A stretch of DNA of 64,000 nucleotides from Vibrio sp. (GCF_038138445.1 NZ_JAYQDQ010000010.1:3236-67235), one strand, 5' to 3'. Positions 38,764 through 49,412 are shown, numbered from the stretch's first letter. Notes: generated by a model from the sequence alone, not told the origin. Numbers and translations are program-made.

Positions 38764-38809
38764 AAGCTGCTCCTTATTGCTAGCGAGTACTGATGTATGG
38801 GAGCAGCTT
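38764..38809 (-). promoter_or_regulatory. RBS-sequestering hairpin in the 5' leader
   Basis: Perfect 10-bp inverted repeat aagctgctcc (38764-38773) / ggagcagctt (38800-38809). On the mRNA, the 3' arm GGAGCAGCUU contains the SD sequence and abuts the GUG start. Confidence 0.5.
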
Positions 38810-38915
38810 TAATGCCAGATAATTATTTATTATATTTCAGTATTTTAATATATGTAGGGATAGTGCATTGCTTGTTTTCGGTGCAAATCTTCACCAATGT
38901 GGTGACACGACCTAC

Positions 38916-38944
38916 AAAAAAGCCCTGCTACTTAGGGCAGGGCT
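38916..38944 (-). terminator. Rho-independent terminator of metG
   Basis: Stem agccctgc/gcagggct. The A-run at 38916-38920 gives a U-run on the minus strand. Confidence 0.7.
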
Positions 38945-38968
38945 TTAAAGCAATGCTATACAGCGCTA

Positions 38969-41044
38969 TTACATGACGCGCATACCAGGTTGAGCACCTT
39001 CATGAGGTTCTAGAATCCAAAGATCGCTTCCACCTGGGCCAGCAGCCAAAATCATACCTTCTGACATACCAAACTTCATCTTACGAGGCTTAAGGTTTGC
39101 AACCATGACGGTCAACTTACCTTCAAGTTCTTCTGGCTTGTATGCCGACTTAATGCCGGAGAAAACCTGACGAGTCTCGCCACCGATATCAAGCTGAAAC
39201 TTCAGTAGCTTGTTCGCTTTTGGTACCTCTTCGCAAGAGATAATACGAGCAATACGCATATCAACAGCGGCAAAAGCATCAAAATCTATTTCTTCTGCAA
39301 TTGGGTCTTTATCCAATTCGGTTTGGCTTGCTTGATTCTTAGCGGCTTCAGCTTTTTCCTTGGCTGCCATTTCTGCAGCAGCATCTTGTTTTGATGCTTC
39401 AATCATAGCCTCAACCTTTTTCGGATCGATACGATTAAACAGAGCCTTGAATTTGGTGATTTCATGACCTGTTAATGGTTTGGCTATTCCTTCCCACGTT
39501 AGCTCTTCATTTAGGAAAGCTTCTGTACGTGCGGCTAAAGCAGGCATAACAGGCTTGAGGTAAGTCATCAGCACGCGGAACAGGTTGATACCAACAGAAC
39601 AAATATCTTGTAGCAGTTGATCTTTGCCTTCCTCTTTCGCCACAACCCAAGGTGCTTTTTCGTCAACATACTGGTTGGCTTTATCAGCCAGTGCAGTTAC
39701 TTCACGTATTGCACGGCCAAATTCACGAGTTTCGTAAAGCTCAGCTATGCGATCGGCTGCGGCAACAAACTCTTGATACAATTCTGGCTCGGCAAACTCA
39801 TCAGAAAGCTTACCCTCGAAGCGTTTAGTGATAAAACCAGCATTGCGCGACGCAAGGTTAACAATTTTATTTACTACATCAGCGTTAACACGTTGAGTAA
39901 AGTCCTCAAGGTTAAGGTCTAGGTCATCGATACGGCTGTTGAGTTTGGCTGCATAGTAGTAACGCAGGCACTCAGGATCGAGGTGATCAAGGTAAGTGCT
40001 GGCTTTAACAAATGTGCCTTTCGATTTAGACATTTTGGCACCGTTAACAGTGACGTAGCCGTGAACAAACACATTATTTGGTTTACGGAAACCACTGCCT
40101 TCGAGCATGGCAGGCCAGAATAGAGAGTGGAAATAAACGATGTCTTTACCAATGAAGTGGTAAAGCTCGGTTGTGCTGTCTTTCTTCCAGTATTCGTCAA
40201 AGTCTAAATCACTGCGCTTATCGCACAGGTTCTTAAATGAACCCATGTAGCCGATAGGTGCGTCGAGCCAAACATAAAAGAATTTGTCTTTTTCGCCTGG
40301 AATTTCAAAACCAAAATAAGGGGCATCGCGAGAGATATCCCATTGTTGTAGGCCTGACTCAAACCATTCTTGCATCTTATTGGCTGTTTCGGCTTGCAGT
40401 GAACCTGAGCGAGTCCATTCTTGGAGCATGCTTTCAAACTGTGGCAAATCAAAGAAGAAGTGCTCAGAGTCTTTCATCACTGGCGTTGCGCCAGAGACCG
40501 CTGATTTAGGGTCAATCAGTTCAGTGGTGCTATAAGTTGCGCCGCAGCTGTCACAGTTATCGCCGTACTGATCGTCAGATTTACACTTAGGGCAAGTACC
40601 TTTAACAAAACGATCAGGTAGGAACATTTCTTTTTCTGGGTCAAATAGCTGAGAAATCGTACGGCTAGAGATGAACCCATTTTTCTTCAGTTCCAAATAA
40701 ATATGTGATGCGAGCTGCTGGTTTTCTTCAGAATGAGTGCTGTGGTAGTTATCAAAGCTAATATCGAAACCAGCGAAGTCTTTTTGGTGTTCTTCACTGA
40801 CGGCAGCGATCATCTCTTCTGGTGTGATTCCCATCTGTTGTGCTTTTAGCATAATTGGCGTGCCGTGGGCATCGTCAGCACAAATGAAGTTTACCGTGTT
40901 ACCACGTAGGCGTTGGTAGCGAACCCAGATATCAGCCTGAATGTGTTCAAGCATATGACCTAAGTGGATCGAACCATTAGCATACGGAAGGGCACAAGTT
41001 ACCAGCAGTTTCCTTGGATCAAGGTTTCTTTGATCGTTTGCCAT
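38969..41044 (-). CDS. metG: Methionine--tRNA ligase
   Basis: Start trimmed to [48 protein letters not shown], which contains the HIGH motif. KMSKS motif present. C-terminal EMAP/tRNA-binding domain. Confidence 0.95.
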   Translation of the reverse strand: MANDQRNLDPRKLLVTCALPYANGSIHLGHMLEHIQADIWVRYQRLRGNTVNFICADDAHGTPIMLKAQQMGITPEEMIAAVSEEHQKDFAGFDISFDNYHSTHSEENQQLASHIYLELKKNGFISSRTISQLFDPEKEMFLPDRFVKGTCPKCKSDDQYGDNCDSCGATYSTTELIDPKSAVSGATPVMKDSEHFFFDLPQFESMLQEWTRSGSLQAETANKMQEWFESGLQQWDISRDAPYFGFEIPGEKDKFFYVWLDAPIGYMGSFKNLCDKRSDLDFDEYWKKDSTTELYHFIGKDIVYFHSLFWPAMLEGSGFRKPNNVFVHGYVTVNGAKMSKSKGTFVKASTYLDHLDPECLRYYYAAKLNSRIDDLDLNLEDFTQRVNADVVNKIVNLASRNAGFITKRFEGKLSDEFAEPELYQEFVAAADRIAELYETREFGRAIREVTALADKANQYVDEKAPWVVAKEEGKDQLLQDICSVGINLFRVLMTYLKPVMPALAARTEAFLNEELTWEGIAKPLTGHEITKFKALFNRIDPKKVEAMIEASKQDAAAEMAAKEKAEAAKNQASQTELDKDPIAEEIDFDAFAAVDMRIARIISCEEVPKANKLLKFQLDIGGETRQVFSGIKSAYKPEELEGKLTVMVANLKPRKMKFGMSEGMILAAGPGGSDLWILEPHEGAQPGMRVM

Positions 41045-41202
41045 ACTTAATATTCGCTTATTCTGATAGATATAAAAAATTGACCCTAATACTACCTTAT
41101 CCACATTACGACTCCAAGGTATCATCTGCTCGAATACCTTAGTTTTTTCAGGGTTCAGTCCATTAAAGAGCAATGCTAGGATTAGAGGCATAAGGAGGAC
41201 CT

Positions 41203-42276
41203 ATGCGTCAATTGTCGAACAAAGAAGAATTTTGTCGTTGGCTTAATCAGTTTGAGCATCCAAGTCTTACTCAAGAATGGGCTAGTGTGCCGGGTATGGT
41301 TTCGGTCACAGCGACTAAGCTCACTGTATCTATCCCTTTTGCGGCATCGTCTCTAGTTGAAAGCTTATCGAGCTGGATAGAGTCGCAACATCGCAATGGA
41401 CAAACTGCCCCAGTTGAGTATGAAATAATTGTGCAGCCAAAGGCTTTGCAAACTCATGTCAGCCATGAAGTCAGCGGTGTTAAAAATATTATTGCCGTCA
41501 CTTCAGCAAAGGGTGGGGTCGGCAAGTCAACTACCGCCGTCAATCTTGCGCTAGCGATCGCCAAATCCGGTGTAAAAGTTGGTTTGTTGGATGCGGATAT
41601 TTATGGTCCTTCCGTACCTCTTATGATTGGACAACAGGGCGCTTCTCCTCAAGTTAAAGATGATAAATGGATGCAGCCTATTTTGGCGCACGGTATTTAT
41701 ACCCACTCCATAGGCTATTTGGTGTCAAAAGATGAAGCGGCAATTTGGCGTGGTCCAATGGCTTCGAAAGCTCTCGCTCAACTGCTCAATGAAACCCAGT
41801 GGCCAGAGCTCGACTACCTTGTGGTTGATATGCCGCCAGGTACAGGTGATATTCAATTAACCCTTGCTCAGCAGGTGCCAGTAACAGGGGCAGTGATTAT
41901 CACTACACCACAAGATCTTGCGCTTGCAGATGCGCGCAAAGGTGCGGGCATGTTTGAAAAAGTGCAGGTACCAGTGATTGGGCTGGTTGAGAATATGAGT
42001 TATCACATTTGCAGCCATTGCGGGGGTAAAGAAGCCATTTTTGGTGTTGGAGGTGCGCAAAAAATGGCTAGCGAGTTTGGTCTCGATTTGCTTGCTCAAA
42101 TCCCTTTACATATTTCGTTAAGAGAAGACACGGATAATGGCTGTCCAAGCGTTGTCGCAAGACCAGATTCAGAACAAGCTGCTGACTATATTCAGTTAGC
42201 AGAGTCGGTGTGTGCAAGAATGTATTGGCATGGAAAAGAAAAGCCACAGTCAATTCAGTTTACAATGCTTGAATAA
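41203..42276 (+). CDS. apbC: Fe-S cluster carrier ATPase ApbC/Mrp
   Basis: 357 aa with an aaggagg RBS. Deviant Walker A (SAKGGVGKST) and a CxxC motif (HICSHCG). Divergent from metG, as in E. coli. Confidence 0.9.
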   Translation: MRQLSNKEEFCRWLNQFEHPSLTQEWASVPGMVSVTATKLTVSIPFAASSLVESLSSWIESQHRNGQTAPVEYEIIVQPKALQTHVSHEVSGVKNIIAVTSAKGGVGKSTTAVNLALAIAKSGVKVGLLDADIYGPSVPLMIGQQGASPQVKDDKWMQPILAHGIYTHSIGYLVSKDEAAIWRGPMASKALAQLLNETQWPELDYLVVDMPPGTGDIQLTLAQQVPVTGAVIITTPQDLALADARKGAGMFEKVQVPVIGLVENMSYHICSHCGGKEAIFGVGGAQKMASEFGLDLLAQIPLHISLREDTDNGCPSVVARPDSEQAADYIQLAESVCARMYWHGKEKPQSIQFTMLE

Positions 42277-42541
42277 TGTTTCGCCTAGTTAGGGATGAGT
42301 TTGTGCTAATGCTTGCTATGGCTTTTAGGATATTACTCAATTTGAGGTATATGCGGTAATCGTTTGCGTTACCGTTATTGCTTCTAATTAGTGATTTGGA
42401 TGAAATCCTCACTAGCATGTCAAAGGCGAACTCCCTATAATCAGGCGGTTTATATATTACACACTAACACTTTATGGGCATATGTTGTCCAGTTTAAGTA
42501 TTAGAACACGACACCAATTCAATTCATCGGGTGCAAGAATA

Positions 42542-43183
42542 ATGTCTGATAATAATCAATGCGTCATCGTCGGTATTGCTGGCGCATCGGCTTCTGGAAA
42601 AAGTTTAATCGCTAGTACTATCTATAATGAACTTCGTGAGAAAGTAGGCGATCATCAAATTGGTGTAATTACGGAAGATTGCTATTACAACGATCAGGGT
42701 CACCTGAGCATGGAAGAGCGTGTTAAAACCAACTACGACCACCCGAACGCATTAGACCATGACTTATTGTGTGAGCATTTAAAAACGCTGACCCAAGGTG
42801 ACGCAGTTGAAGTGCCAGAATACAGCTATGCTGAGCATACGCGCACTGAAAATACGACCTTGATGACACCGAAAAAAGTCATCATCCTTGAGGGAATCCT
42901 TCTTCTTACTGATCCTCGTTTACGTGAACTTATGCACGCGACTGTGTTTATGGATACACCGCTAGATATTTGTTTGCTGCGCCGTGTGAGACGTGATGTA
43001 GAAGAGCGAGGCCGCACCATGGAGTCTGTTTTAAAACAGTACCAAGAAACAGTACGACCTATGTTCATGCAGTTTATCGAGCCATCTAAGCAACACGCAG
43101 ATATTATTGTGCCTCGTGGCGGTAAAAATCGCATCGCGATTGATGTTTTAAAAGCGCATATTGCAAAACTTTTGAAAGCTTAA
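42542..43183 (+). CDS. udk: Uridine kinase
   Basis: Start trimmed to [26 protein letters not shown]. Highly similar to E. coli Udk along its whole length. Confidence 0.95.
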   Translation: MSDNNQCVIVGIAGASASGKSLIASTIYNELREKVGDHQIGVITEDCYYNDQGHLSMEERVKTNYDHPNALDHDLLCEHLKTLTQGDAVEVPEYSYAEHTRTENTTLMTPKKVIILEGILLLTDPRLRELMHATVFMDTPLDICLLRRVRRDVEERGRTMESVLKQYQETVRPMFMQFIEPSKQHADIIVPRGGKNRIAIDVLKAHIAKLLKA

Positions 43184-43221
43184 GCCTTAATCCTATTCAA
43201 GCGCTTTATTTTTTTCGTAAG

Positions 43222-43251
43222 AAGTGGCACCTTAGGTGCCACTTTCTTTTT
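43222..43251 (+). terminator. Rho-independent terminator after udk
   Basis: 10-bp stem aagtggcacc/ggtgccactt with loop tta and a T-rich tail. Confidence 0.8.
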
Positions 43252-43335
43252 ATCTGTAATAAGCCTTATCACCCAAGTTCGCTTTTGGATGTATTGGCCA
43301 ATCTACGACAACTCTGAATAGCAAGGATAATTCTG

Positions 43336-45477
43336 ATGAAGAAACTGTTCCTATTTATTGCCATTCCAATCATCGTGCTGTTTGGCGCGATTGTAGCGCT
43401 GGTGCTTTTCGTCAACCCCAATCAGTTTAAGCCGCTTATTGTTGAGCAAACTCAAAAACACACTGGCTTGGAGTTGGTAATAGAAGGTGACATCAGTTGG
43501 AAGTTTTTTCCATCACTTGGCTTTGAGCTAGGTAAGACAGAACTGAGAAACCCACAAGGGTTTTCTAAACCGAATTTATTCAAAGTTGATACTGTTGGTA
43601 TTGATGTATCAGTCTCACCGCTTTTAAACCAGCAACTTGAAATCGGTAATATTACCCTTGATGGTGCGGAGTTCTATCTTGAGACACTTAAAGATGGTCG
43701 CAAGAACATTGATGCGTTAACCAAAGCGCAGACAGAACAAGCAGAATCAGAAGAGCCGGCTGCCACTGATACGCCAGTAGAGTCTTCGCCAACTGACACG
43801 ACAGAGAAACCAGCGTCTGATTGGAGCCTTAACCTTGCCGGTGTGACCATATCTAACGCAGCGATTGAAATTCAGGATAAACAGGCGGGCTCATATACCA
43901 AGTTGTTTGATGTTTCTCTTAACTTGTCCGAGTTTGCTATTGATAACTGGACCCGTGCTGATTTCGCGGTGAAAGGTGAGAACAATCAACAGAAGTTCAA
44001 TGCACAGGGGAGCGCTGAATTTAAGCTAGCGAAAGGTTTTGCCGAGTATTCACTGCGTAATATAGAACTTAATGCAGGTTTTAGTGATCCAGCGAATAAG
44101 TTTGACTCGATCAAACTCGGTTTGGAGACATTTGATTTTGATACAGCCAATGCTTTGACTTATCACCTAGTGGGGCGTGCTGCCGATCTCGACATTGACA
44201 TGCAAGGCAGTGGCAGTTTAACCGTCGACAAAGCGATCTCAAAAGTGGTGATGGACAAGTTGACCCTTGATGCCACGTTTAAAGGAGATACTCTGCCTCA
44301 ATCTCCGATGAAAGTTGATATGGTCTCCGATTTATCCTTTGACTTGACTAAAAGCCACTTAAGTTTTGTGTTAGAGAAGCTAACCGCTAACGCCTTGGCA
44401 TTTGATGGTAAAGCCAATGTAACCTTAGGTGATATTCCTAAAGTGCGTTTTTCACTGCACAGCCCAAATATTGATTTGGATGAATTCCTAGGGCTTGATA
44501 CAGCAAAGACTGACGAAGCATCGACGGAAAAACCAGAGGCAGCACCGAGTCAAAACAGCGCGCAAAAGGCGTCAATTCAACCAGAAGTTGAACCAGATTT
44601 GTCCGCACTTAAGTCTCTAGATATCAAAGGTGATATCACCATTGATAAATTTAAGGCGAGCAATGCCAAGATGGAAAAGGTCAAAACCAGTTTCTATGTC
44701 AATCGTGGTATTGCTGAGCTGACGTCTTTTTCTTCGAACTTGTACCAAGGTTCGATCACGGCTTCTGCAAAACTGGACGCAAGAAAAAGCCCAGCGAGTT
44801 ACACGGTTAAAAAGCGCATTAAAGGTGTTAAGGTTCAGCCTTTGCTTTCCGATGTGGCTAACAATGATAAGTTAGAAGGTACAGGTAACATTGATGTAGA
44901 TGTGAAAGGCCGAAGTCTCACTCCAACAGGGATTCAAAAGAATTTAGTTGGTACTGTGGTCATTAACTTTACCGATGGTGCGGTGAATGGCATCAACGTA
45001 GCTCAGTTGATTCGTGAAAACTACGCCAAGTTTAAAGGCCAAAAAGCCGAGCCTTCTAAAGAAGCACAAAAAACCGATTTTAGTGCGATGAAAGCGACCT
45101 TAAAACTTAATAAAGGTGTTGTTTCGACCAATGATTTATCAATGCAATCGCCACTGCTGCGTATCCGAGGAAATGGCAGTGCAAACTACATCGAGCAAAC
45201 CGTTAACTTTACGGTCAGTACGTCGGTTGTCGGATCACTAGAAGGTCAAGGTGGTAAGAGTATTGATGAGCTGAGAGATGTGACTATTCCAATTAACATT
45301 TCTGGTACTTGGGCCAAACCTAAATTTAAGCTGGTCTTTGACGATGTATTGAAACAGAAAGTCGAAAAAGAAGTTGATCGTGGTTTGAAAAAGTTAGACG
45401 AGAAACTCGGCGATAAGATAAAAGATCAAAAGACCAAGGATGCGGTTAACAGCTTGATTAAAGGGTTGTTTAACTAA
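43336..45477 (+). CDS. asmA: AsmA-family outer-membrane assembly / lipid-transport protein
   Basis: 713 aa. N-terminal anchor (LFLFIAIPIIVLFGAIVALVLFV). Long beta-rich body. C-terminal AsmA_2-like region. udk-asmA neighbourhood as in E. coli. Confidence 0.8.
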   Translation: MKKLFLFIAIPIIVLFGAIVALVLFVNPNQFKPLIVEQTQKHTGLELVIEGDISWKFFPSLGFELGKTELRNPQGFSKPNLFKVDTVGIDVSVSPLLNQQLEIGNITLDGAEFYLETLKDGRKNIDALTKAQTEQAESEEPAATDTPVESSPTDTTEKPASDWSLNLAGVTISNAAIEIQDKQAGSYTKLFDVSLNLSEFAIDNWTRADFAVKGENNQQKFNAQGSAEFKLAKGFAEYSLRNIELNAGFSDPANKFDSIKLGLETFDFDTANALTYHLVGRAADLDIDMQGSGSLTVDKAISKVVMDKLTLDATFKGDTLPQSPMKVDMVSDLSFDLTKSHLSFVLEKLTANALAFDGKANVTLGDIPKVRFSLHSPNIDLDEFLGLDTAKTDEASTEKPEAAPSQNSAQKASIQPEVEPDLSALKSLDIKGDITIDKFKASNAKMEKVKTSFYVNRGIAELTSFSSNLYQGSITASAKLDARKSPASYTVKKRIKGVKVQPLLSDVANNDKLEGTGNIDVDVKGRSLTPTGIQKNLVGTVVINFTDGAVNGINVAQLIRENYAKFKGQKAEPSKEAQKTDFSAMKATLKLNKGVVSTNDLSMQSPLLRIRGNGSANYIEQTVNFTVSTSVVGSLEGQGGKSIDELRDVTIPINISGTWAKPKFKLVFDDVLKQKVEKEVDRGLKKLDEKLGDKIKDQKTKDAVNSLIKGLFN

Positions 45478-45507
45478 GCTGCACTAGTTACGAACAAGCT
45501 TTGAGTA

Positions 45508-45535
45508 AAGCGCCCAGTTGGGCGCTTTTATTTTA
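45508..45535 (+). terminator. Rho-independent terminator after asmA
   Basis: Stem aagcgccc/gggcgctt with loop agtt and a T-run. Confidence 0.8.
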
Positions 45536-45541
45536 AGGCGG

Positions 45542-46147
45542 TTACCAATCAACCCCTTTTAGCGCTTTGACTCCAGAGTCAAACGCATGTTTCACGTTCT
45601 TAACCTCAGACACAGTATCGGCCATTTCAATCAGAGTGCGATGTGCTCCGCGCCCAGTAATAATTACCGATTGCATCGACGGTCTGTTATTGAGAGCGTC
45701 AACCACTTCCTCTAATTCGATATAGCCGTAGCTAACCATATAAGTCAGCTCATCAAGCAAAATCACGTCTATTGAAGCGTCGCTGAGCATACGTTTACAC
45801 TCTTGCCAAACCACTTGCGCAGCTTGAGTATCGAGTTCTTTATCTTGCGTTTCCCAAGTAAAACCAGTTGCCATCACTTGAAATTCGACGCCAAGCTTTT
45901 CCAGCAAATTGCGCTCGCCGTTATCCCAAGTGCCTTTGATAAATTGAGCTACTGAGCAAGTTAAGCCGTGGCCAACGGCGCGGGCTATGGTTCCAAACCC
46001 CGAGGTCGATTTACCTTTGCCATTACCAGTAATAATAAGTAGCAGACCTTTTTCATCTTGGGCTGCTGCAACTCTCGCATCGACTTGCTGCTTCACTTTT
46101 TGTTGTCTTGCCTGATGGCGTTCTTGTTTCTGGCTATCAGATGTCAC
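45542..46147 (-). CDS. btuR: Cob(I)yrinic acid a,c-diamide adenosyltransferase
   Basis: 201 aa. GNGKGKSTSGFG P-loop. Collinear with E. coli BtuR (QFIKGTWDNGERNLLE..FQVMATGFTWETQ). Confidence 0.9.
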   Translation of the reverse strand: MTSDSQKQERHQARQQKVKQQVDARVAAAQDEKGLLLIITGNGKGKSTSGFGTIARAVGHGLTCSVAQFIKGTWDNGERNLLEKLGVEFQVMATGFTWETQDKELDTQAAQVVWQECKRMLSDASIDVILLDELTYMVSYGYIELEEVVDALNNRPSMQSVIITGRGAHRTLIEMADTVSEVKNVKHAFDSGVKALKGVDW

Positions 46148-46237
46148 GGGAAGTCCTTTTTAATTTTAAAAACTGAGTCTATGATAACGCATCCACAGTG
46201 GTGCAAAAAACCATGGCTTTGTTAGGGAAAGGAAAAT

Positions 46238-46699
46238 ATGGCCAAGAAAATACTCGTTGTTTGTATGGGTAACATCTGTCGTTCACCAACAGGCGAGGCA
46301 ATTCTAAGAGCGAAAGCTGAGCGCATGGGCCTTGATATCGAGGTTGATTCAGCAGGAACGATAGGTTATCACCAAGGCAATCCGCCTGATCCCCGCTCCA
46401 AAGCGGTTGGTGAGCGCCGAGGCTATTCATTTAAAGGGATCGTATCACGCCAAATTGTCGATGAGGACTTCGCTTACTTTGATTTAATTTTGGCCGCTGA
46501 CAAGGACAATCTTGCCGACCTACACGCGCAATGCCCGGTTGAATATCGAAACAAATTGCAGCTGTTTCTTAGCTATGGTGAGACCAAGCACGAAGAAATC
46601 CCTGACCCTTATTATGGCGGGGACAATGGTTTTGAACTGGTTGTCGATTTGATTGAACAAGCCTCAGAAGGGCTGCTCAAAACCTTATCGAACCAGTAA
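46238..46699 (+). CDS. Low-molecular-weight protein-tyrosine phosphatase
   Basis: 153 aa. CX5R(S) active site (VCMGNICRSP) and a DPYY motif. Confidence 0.85.
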   Translation: MAKKILVVCMGNICRSPTGEAILRAKAERMGLDIEVDSAGTIGYHQGNPPDPRSKAVGERRGYSFKGIVSRQIVDEDFAYFDLILAADKDNLADLHAQCPVEYRNKLQLFLSYGETKHEEIPDPYYGGDNGFELVVDLIEQASEGLLKTLSNQ

Positions 46700-46719
46700 A
46701 GCGTTTGACGAATATCTGA

Positions 46720-47382
46720 CTAGGCGGCCATAACTCGGCCGCTAAAGTAATCGTTAGAAACAATATATTCGGTATTTCTAATTAACTCATCACGTATCTT
46801 CGCCCAGTGGATATTTTGCTGTTCATAGCAAGGCACCACGCCTCCAACACGAATATTGAATGGATTAAGCTCTTTTGCCCAGCTTTGGGTGAAACCTGCA
46901 ACCATAGAAGTAGCATTTTCAAACCCAGACATATCACTGTAATCTGCGTGAGCAATCACATTGACAATCACACCATTTTTTTTGTCTTGGCGCATTCTTT
47001 CTGCGGTTGCCTGACCAAAGGTAAATAAAGTGGCGGCCATCAAAGATAGATGCTGAGTGAAAATATCGCTGGCTTTTTCATCAAAGAATTTTGGCATGGT
47101 TTGGCTAGTGAGTGCATTGATCAGTACATCAGGGGATTGATGAACGGATTGATCAATAAAGGTAAACAATGAGTTAATGCTATCTAAAGAATGATCATTC
47201 ATTGCATGCTGATAAATATTCGACGAAATTTTTTTGCATCGCTCAAAAGTTTCATTTAATTGAGATTTATTGGTATCACAAAGAATGACAATTCCATCAA
47301 GAGATGCAAAGTGCATAGCTAGGGTGCTGCCGAGTTGAGTTCCTGCGGAAGTTATTAATATTACAGCACTTTTTATGTCCAT
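46720..47382 (-). CDS. SDR-fold protein with degenerate cofactor and catalytic motifs
   Basis: Start trimmed to MDIKSAVILITSAG, with a ggagg RBS. SDR-like length and layout. TGxxxGxG is replaced by TSAGTQLG, NNAG by INAL, and there is no YxxxK (region reads FENATSMVAGFT). Confidence 0.65.
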   Translation of the reverse strand: MDIKSAVILITSAGTQLGSTLAMHFASLDGIVILCDTNKSQLNETFERCKKISSNIYQHAMNDHSLDSINSLFTFIDQSVHQSPDVLINALTSQTMPKFFDEKASDIFTQHLSLMAATLFTFGQATAERMRQDKKNGVIVNVIAHADYSDMSGFENATSMVAGFTQSWAKELNPFNIRVGGVVPCYEQQNIHWAKIRDELIRNTEYIVSNDYFSGRVMAA

Positions 47383-47580
47383 ACACTGTGCCTCCATTGG
47401 CGGCCTTGAAAGTTTGTCCACATATCATGGTAGATTAATTGTGCGTTTGGTGTGAATAAGGTCAAATAAATTGTGTATATCTTGGGGTTAAATTAAATAA
47501 CTTGCGCTCATTCACATTTATGAGAAACTTGTTGATTATTAAATGAGTGATATGAAAGTAATTGTGATCTGAATAGATCT

Positions 47581-48090
47581 TTAAACTTGTGTTTGAATTT
47601 GGAAGTTTCTTTGGGCTGTGACCAATTGATTGTATAGATCGATTGGCATGATAGATTTGCTGCCAGTCTCACCTAATTGGCGACGTTGGTGCCCTGATAG
47701 GTTGTGGTAGATGTCTTCGGGAAGATTGAAGGTGTCTTCCGGTAGATAAGCCAAAGCATCAGGTTTGAGGTAGTGGCTCAGTTTGGCACTTGGCAGACCT
47801 GAGGTGTGAAATAGCTCAGCTTGAGTGGCCGCCACTGGATAAGATTCTTGGTTGGAGCGAAGCTCTTGAGGCTGTGATAATTCAAAGCGGCGTCTTAAGG
47901 CCTCTTCTGTTGTGTCTATTTCAGTGACTTTCTCAATCGGGGTATTATCTCTAACATCATCAGAAAACATCGATAGAATCAAAGCAAAGTCAGCACGACG
48001 CCCTTCGTGAACGGCATGGTTAATCCCATCACCGAACTGAAGTTCGTTAATTATTCCCGCTTTGTCTAATGTATGAATCTGAGTTTGCAT
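47581..48090 (-). CDS. Hypothetical soluble acidic protein (169 aa)
   Basis: Start trimmed to MQTQIHTLDK, with a gagg RBS. No motif recognised. Confidence 0.5.
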   Translation of the reverse strand: MQTQIHTLDKAGIINELQFGDGINHAVHEGRRADFALILSMFSDDVRDNTPIEKVTEIDTTEEALRRRFELSQPQELRSNQESYPVAATQAELFHTSGLPSAKLSHYLKPDALAYLPEDTFNLPEDIYHNLSGHQRRQLGETGSKSIMPIDLYNQLVTAQRNFQIQTQV

Positions 48091-48156
48091 CTTACCTCGC
48101 TTGATGCTTATGTAACGGCGACACCCAGACAAACTTTAGTGAAATGGTTGAACAGA

Positions 48157-48183
48157 AAAGAAAAAAGCCAGCAGATGCTGGCT
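48157..48183 (-). terminator. Rho-independent terminator of sodB
   Basis: Stem agccagc/gctggct. The upstream A-run gives a U-run on the minus strand. Confidence 0.75.
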
Positions 48184-48220
48184 TTTGATACGCAATAAGC
48201 GTTAGAGACTGGTAGCAGAA

Positions 48221-48805
48221 TTATTTTGCTAGATTCTGTGCAACAAAATCCCAGTTAACTAGCGCCCAGAAACCGTTCATGTAATCAGGACGAACATTGC
48301 GGTAATCGATGTAGTAAGCGTGTTCCCACAAGTCAACAGTAAGCAGTGGAGTCGTACCTGCTTCTGTTAGAGGCGTTGCAGCGTTAGACGTGTTAACGAT
48401 ATCTAGAGAACCGTCCGCTTTTTTAACCAGCCAAGTCCAAGAAGAACCAAAGTTGTTGATTGCTGAATCAGTGAACTTAGCTTTAAAGTCTGCGAAAGAA
48501 CCAAACGCAGCATTGATTGCTTCTGCAACCGCACCTGTAGGCTCACCACCTGCATTTGGCGCAAGACAGTGCCAGTAGAAAGTGTGGTTCCAGATTTGAG
48601 CTGCGTTGTTGAATACGCCACCTGAAGAAGTCTTGATGATCTCTTCTAGTGATTTACCTTCAAACTCAGTACCTGGAATAAGACCATTTAGCTTAACAAC
48701 GTAAGTGTTGTGGTGTTTGCCATGGTGGAAATCTAGAGTTTCAGCTGAGATATGTGGTTCTAGTGCATCTTTTGCGTAAGGAAGAGCTGGTAGTTCAAAT
48801 GCCAT
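48221..48805 (-). CDS. sodB: Iron superoxide dismutase
   Basis: Start trimmed to [45 protein letters not shown] metal-ligand motif present. Confidence 0.95.
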   Translation of the reverse strand: MAFELPALPYAKDALEPHISAETLDFHHGKHHNTYVVKLNGLIPGTEFEGKSLEEIIKTSSGGVFNNAAQIWNHTFYWHCLAPNAGGEPTGAVAEAINAAFGSFADFKAKFTDSAINNFGSSWTWLVKKADGSLDIVNTSNAATPLTEAGTTPLLTVDLWEHAYYIDYRNVRPDYMNGFWALVNWDFVAQNLAK

Positions 48806-49073
48806 TGCTCGATTCTCCATTAAATATGAGAGAGTTAAACTCTCTCGATTGCTTCCAGTGTAATTTATTATCATGGTGGACCATGGTCCGCCATGTCGTT
48901 TTGGTAACTGCGCTATAGTTTAGCAAGTTTTCACTTTATTAAAAGCATCACAGCAGAATTCTATATGAAATAAACTTGTGGTATAAAGCCATAAACATTA
49001 TAGGCTTTTTATTCTCTGACAATGGTTTAAAATATGCTAATAATTTGCGGTAATACCATATAAAGAGGAAGCA

Positions 49074-49412
49074 ATGGAAACCATAGATAAAATTAAACAG
49101 CAAATTGAAGAGAACGCTATCCTGTTGTACATGAAAGGTTCTCCAAAGCTACCTAGCTGCGGCTTTTCATCTCAGGCGTCTCAAGCATTGATGGCTTGTG
49201 GCGAGAAGTTCGCTTACGTTGATATTCTACAAAACCCAGATATTCGCGCTGAACTGCCAGCCTACGCTCAGTGGCCAACCTTCCCTCAGCTTTGGATTGA
49301 AGGCGAGCTGATTGGCGGTTGTGACATCATTATTGAGATGTTCCAAAAAGGTGAGCTTCAGCCATTGATCAAAGAAGCGGCAGAGCGCGCAGGCTCAGAC
49401 AAAGAAGAATAA
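49074..49412 (+). CDS. grxD: Monothiol glutaredoxin Grx4
   Basis: 112 aa with a CGFS active site (PKLPSCGFSSQA). Confidence 0.95.
   Translation: METIDKIKQQIEENAILLYMKGSPKLPSCGFSSQASQALMACGEKFAYVDILQNPDIRAELPAYAQWPTFPQLWIEGELIGGCDIIIEMFQKGELQPLIKEAAERAGSDKEE

Noticed and set aside
41045-41191. Long N-terminal extensions in the ORF track. Affected genes: metG, uvrB, luxU, moaA/B/C, udk, sodB, topB, the HDAC gene, hipA, lafA, fliE, the MATE gene, the CBS gene and the SDR-like gene.
   Set aside because: Alignment from memory to the E. coli or Vibrio orthologue N-termini, together with RBS positions, supports the internal starts listed in the features. The extensions cross promoters or terminators; for example, the MATE extension runs through the 33015-33041 terminator.
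48828-48889. Palindromes in the sodB upstream region: gagagagtt-a-aactctctc (48828-48846) and ggaccatggtcc (48878-48889).
   Set aside because: The first probably just forms a 5'-UTR hairpin. The second is a 12-bp self-complementary sequence with no known regulator consensus (it is not a Fur box). Neither has enough support to call a site.
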